Source: Lama guanicoe (taxonomy: Eukaryota). From it: a stretch of DNA of 64,000 bases. The stretch lies in assembly GCA_013239625.1 (NCBI GenBank), contig MU053934.1, positions 10,251,352-10,315,351 of the forward strand, written 5' to 3'. Below, one piece after another: positions 60,612 through 64,000 of the stretch. Every line of letters begins with the position of its first letter. Position 1 is the first letter of the stretch. The translations under genes and the position numbers were made by a program. The notes beneath the pieces are model-generated. The model was not told the origin of the DNA, made no database searches, and saw only the letters and a list, made by a program, of their open reading frames with translations.

Positions 60612-62039
60612 AAAGTGGGAGCTCGGAGCAGCGAGCGCGGGGCGTTCTCCACACGGGCGGATGGCCTGCTGCGGCTGTGACGGCGCTCCGGCCGCGAGGG
60701 GAGGGGCCCGGCGGGTGAGCGCCTCAGTCCACACTCAAGTTTCGGGAAGCCCCTCTGGACCCACGCTGGTCTGGGGTCAGCTGAGCCAGGATTTCAGGGC
60801 CCAGGGGAACCCAGGGAGCGGGCCCACCCCCGCACGTCTGTAGCCAGCGCTCCGCTGTGCGGATGGCCGTGGGGTTGCTCAGAAGGCCTTGTGTGGGTTC
60901 GTTCCCCAGAATGGCTGCCATGGTGAACTGGGTTCTAAGAGCCGTGTTCGGTTCACACCCAGGGGCCTGGCGGGGCGGGGTGGGTGGGGGTGACATCTGT
61001 ATGTGTGTCTGGATTTCGGGGTGGGTGTTTGGGATTGGCGGGGCAGCCGATCTCACACCCTGGTCCTTTCCTCTGCCAGCTCATGGCTTCCGCAGGGCCC
61101 TGTCCAAGTTCAGAGAGCACGGCGTCCCTGGAGGACACCAGGGCAGGGGGATCAGGAGCAGAGCTGGGGGCCGGGGGCTCATCTAGGCCCCTCTGTGTGT
61201 CCTGGCATCCCACAGCCCCGCTGGAACCGCCAGGACTAGGGTGAATCAGAGAAACCGGTTCCCTCTGGGAGGAGAGGCTGGTCGGTGTGGTGCTCAAATT
61301 TGCCACCTTGTGGATGAAGCTGATAGGGTAGGGCGGGACCTGGCCAGGGGCGGGGCGGCGGCAGCGGTGCCCCGGGCGGGTGGTGACTGAGGAGCTCCAG
61401 CAGCACAGCACCCCCCCTCACCGCCACCGTGCGCTGGCCATCTGCTGGGCACTGATGGACAGACGGCAGCCCCCGCCTCTCTGGCCAGAACCACCCCTCC
61501 TGGCCTCCTGACAAGGGCGCCCTCCTTGGCCAAACTCCTTGGTTAGCTGACCAGCTTCTTGTTGGTTAGACAGGCTCCTCCGATGACTTAGGCATCCGGC
61601 CTCTGAGTCCTTGGCCTTCCTCGAAAAAGAATTCTGTGGGCAGGTTTGCCAGAGCCTCGCTTCCTCTGGTCCCTCCTATGCTTCCCCCCACAGACCCCTC
61701 ACTCCGCTCTAGCTACAGGGCCCAGCTCCTTGCTGCTTTCAGAGCCGAGCTCCGCCCTGCACCCAATCTCTCCCTCTGCAGCAGCGCCTATAAAATCTGT
61801 CTTGCCGTTTTTAGCAAGTGTCTGGTGAATCGTTATCTTTAACATTATTCCCGGACTCCTTCCCCTCACTGTCCTTCTCTGCTTCTGTATCATATGTATT
61901 TCCTGCCCTCCTGGGCTCTCCCATCAGCACCCACACAGGCGGAAACAGCGCATCTTAGACAGCCCTTCCCGGCCTCACCCACTTCTGGCTTGTTCTACCC
62001 CGTGTCTGTTCCCTTTGCAACAGAAGCCTACTGGCCGGC

Positions 62040-62322
62040 CTGCTGTCCCTCAAACACACCATATGTGGCTGCCCCAGGGCCTTTGCATGTCCCCCAGCCT
62101 GGAGCATCCTCCCAGACACCTGCAGGGGTCACCTTTCCATTCAGTTAAGTTCTTTGCTCAGCATCACCTTCTCAGAGTCCCCTGGGTGAGCCGCACACGC
62201 TGCTCTCCTGTGTGCCGGCAGCCATCTGACCTGCACTCTCTGTGATCCCCAGTCCCTCTGCCCACCCCTGGGCTCACTGTCAGGCCCAGTGCCTGGCACA
62301 CGGGCAGCACTCACTACGTGTT
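62040..62322 (+). mobile_element. L2 fragment
   Basis: cccagggcctttgcatgt...cctggagcatcct...ctcagcatcaccttctcagag...cagtgcctggcacac...cactca. Confidence 0.7.
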
Positions 62323-63502
62323 TTTCGACTGGACTGGATTCTCTCACTTGGGAACTTCGGGGGGACATGTGAGCGGTGAGCCTGTTGGCAGCAGGGTTGG
62401 ATTTGGGACCACCTGGGGAGATGTGGAGGTGGGGAGAGGCCCTGAGTCATCCCTCATGGACCACGGCGGAGGGAGCGAGATGCCTCGTTGGGGTCAGGGT
62501 GTCCCGGGGCTGGCCAGCGTTGCCAGGTCCTGAAAATGCTCGCCGTAGCTCCGTGTTCGGCCACGGTGCCCCTGGTGACTGAGGCTTCCTGGCGGGGTCT
62601 CTATCCCTGGCAGCCCCCACGCTGACAGGGCTGCGTGCTCCCAGCCCTCGGAATCCCTTCCGGGGACTCAGCTCCCACGCGGCCCAGAGGCTCTCCCCGA
62701 AGTCCGCCCCAGCGCGTTCCCCACCGCAGCCCAGCGCTGGCACTGGGGCAGACTGCGCCCCGTTCCTCCATCCGAGTGTTTGATGTGGGGACCCTGCCCC
62801 CGTTGCCTCCTCTTTCCCAGGCTCATCCCGCTCAGTCCCCCATCACCCGACGCAGGCCACCCAGGCCCCACCTGTGGTCTTCATTCTGGACCCCCCACCC
62901 CGGCCCACGGGGAGCCCTGCGTGCTCATCGCTGAGGGCGCTTTGCCCCAGCTGTTCCGTCTCTGGGCCCCCACAAGCGCCCGAGCGCAGCATTTCCTTAA
63001 CGAGGCCACGCACCTGGGGAGGCGGCCCAGTTGTCAGGCGCTCACGGCTGCATGGGGACTGGAGAGAGCGCTGGCCCCCTGTTCACTGTGTAGCTGGCCG
63101 TTAAGCTCAGGCCTCTGCTGTAGGGCTCATCAGGCGTCTGGTCAGCTATCTGGGGCTTTGTCTTCAGGGAGGATGGGTTCTGGCTCTTTAGTGCTTGGTC
63201 TCCGTTGCTGCCTGTGGCGCATCTGGGCACAGGTGTGTCCTCAGCCCCGTGGGGACAGAGCTGACCCAGGGGCAGCGGCCCCTGAGTATGGGTGCGTGGT
63301 ACCCGAGCCTCTCCGGGTTTGTGCGTTTATTCGCATGAAGACTCTCCGGAGCGTCTAAAAGAGGAACCACACTTAGGCATACGGGTAAGGGCGCACCTTT
63401 CGTGGGGGAAAACCCTCATGAAACTGGGGCTGCCTTGTCCCTCGGGGACGGGTGCAGGGTTAGAGACTGACGAAGGGGACAGGCTCTGGGGCCAGGCAGA
63501 GA

Positions 63503-63590
63503 AGGGTTACGTCCCGGTGCCTGCACTGACCAGCTGTGCGGCTCTGGCCGGTCCCTTCTCTCTGGACCCGGCTTCCTCTTCTATAGCGTG
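63503..63590 (+). mobile_element. MIR fragment
   Basis: gggttacgtcccgg...cactgaccagctgtgc...tctctggacccggcttcctcttctata. Confidence 0.5.
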
Positions 63591-64000
63591 ATGTGGCCTT
63601 TGGTGAAGTCAAAGCGGATGAGGCGTGCCAGGTGGTAACTTCTCAGAGGTGTGGCGGTGACCACGTTTGCCAGGTAAGTTGGCCGTGCGGTTTGTCACCA
63701 GGGCTGGGGCTGAGGGGGGTACTGACTGGGTCATTTTGTGTGTGTGTGGGGTGAGTGTTTGGGGGAAATATTCCCATAGGATCCACTTTGCACTGTAAAC
63801 GGGGGGCTGGAGCCTTCTCCTGGGTCCTGGGATGAGGACAGTTTACGAATTATCTTGTCCCATCTTGTCTCTGAGGCTGGCCTGTTACCATCCCCACCTC
63901 CGGGGGAGGGTCCCGCAGCTCTCGTGTGATGGGGCCGGACTTGAGCTCGGTCACCTGGCCCCAGCCCCCCACACCTGTGGCCTCCAAAGTCTGGAACTGA

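Noticed and set aside
1..64000. CRISPR arrays, operons, or prokaryotic defence or mobile systems
   Set aside because: This is mammalian intronic and intergenic DNA. No regularly spaced repeat-spacer array or dense coding region is present.

Overview
Mammalian genomic DNA, GC-rich and CpG-retaining, most likely a camelid (alpaca/camel), judged from five copies of a tRNA-Ala-derived vic-1-type SINE. The window holds the 3' end of TBC1D22A (Rab-GAP TBC domain protein) on the + strand: a 96-bp penultimate coding exon (23133-23228), the terminal coding exon (44900-45028) and a 3' UTR with two AATAAA signals. Positions 1-23132 and 23229-44899 are intronic; beyond about 46.8 kb is downstream intergenic sequence. 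The rest is interspersed repeats (old L1M pieces, L2, MIR, MER DNA transposons, two LTRs, SINEs), simple repeats, a 27-N gap and several AT-rich, homeodomain-motif-rich islands that look like conserved non-coding elements. Almost all ORFs in the supplied track are GC-content artefacts. I found no new multi-gene system. The most unusual structures are a perfect 157-bp inverted duplication bracketing 2.3 kb (57991-58147 / 60455-60611) with a fold-back hairpin at one junction, patchy AT-to-GC conversion of old repeats, and hairpin-containing AT islands. Repeat subfamily names and protein identities come from recalled consensus sequences, not from a database search.
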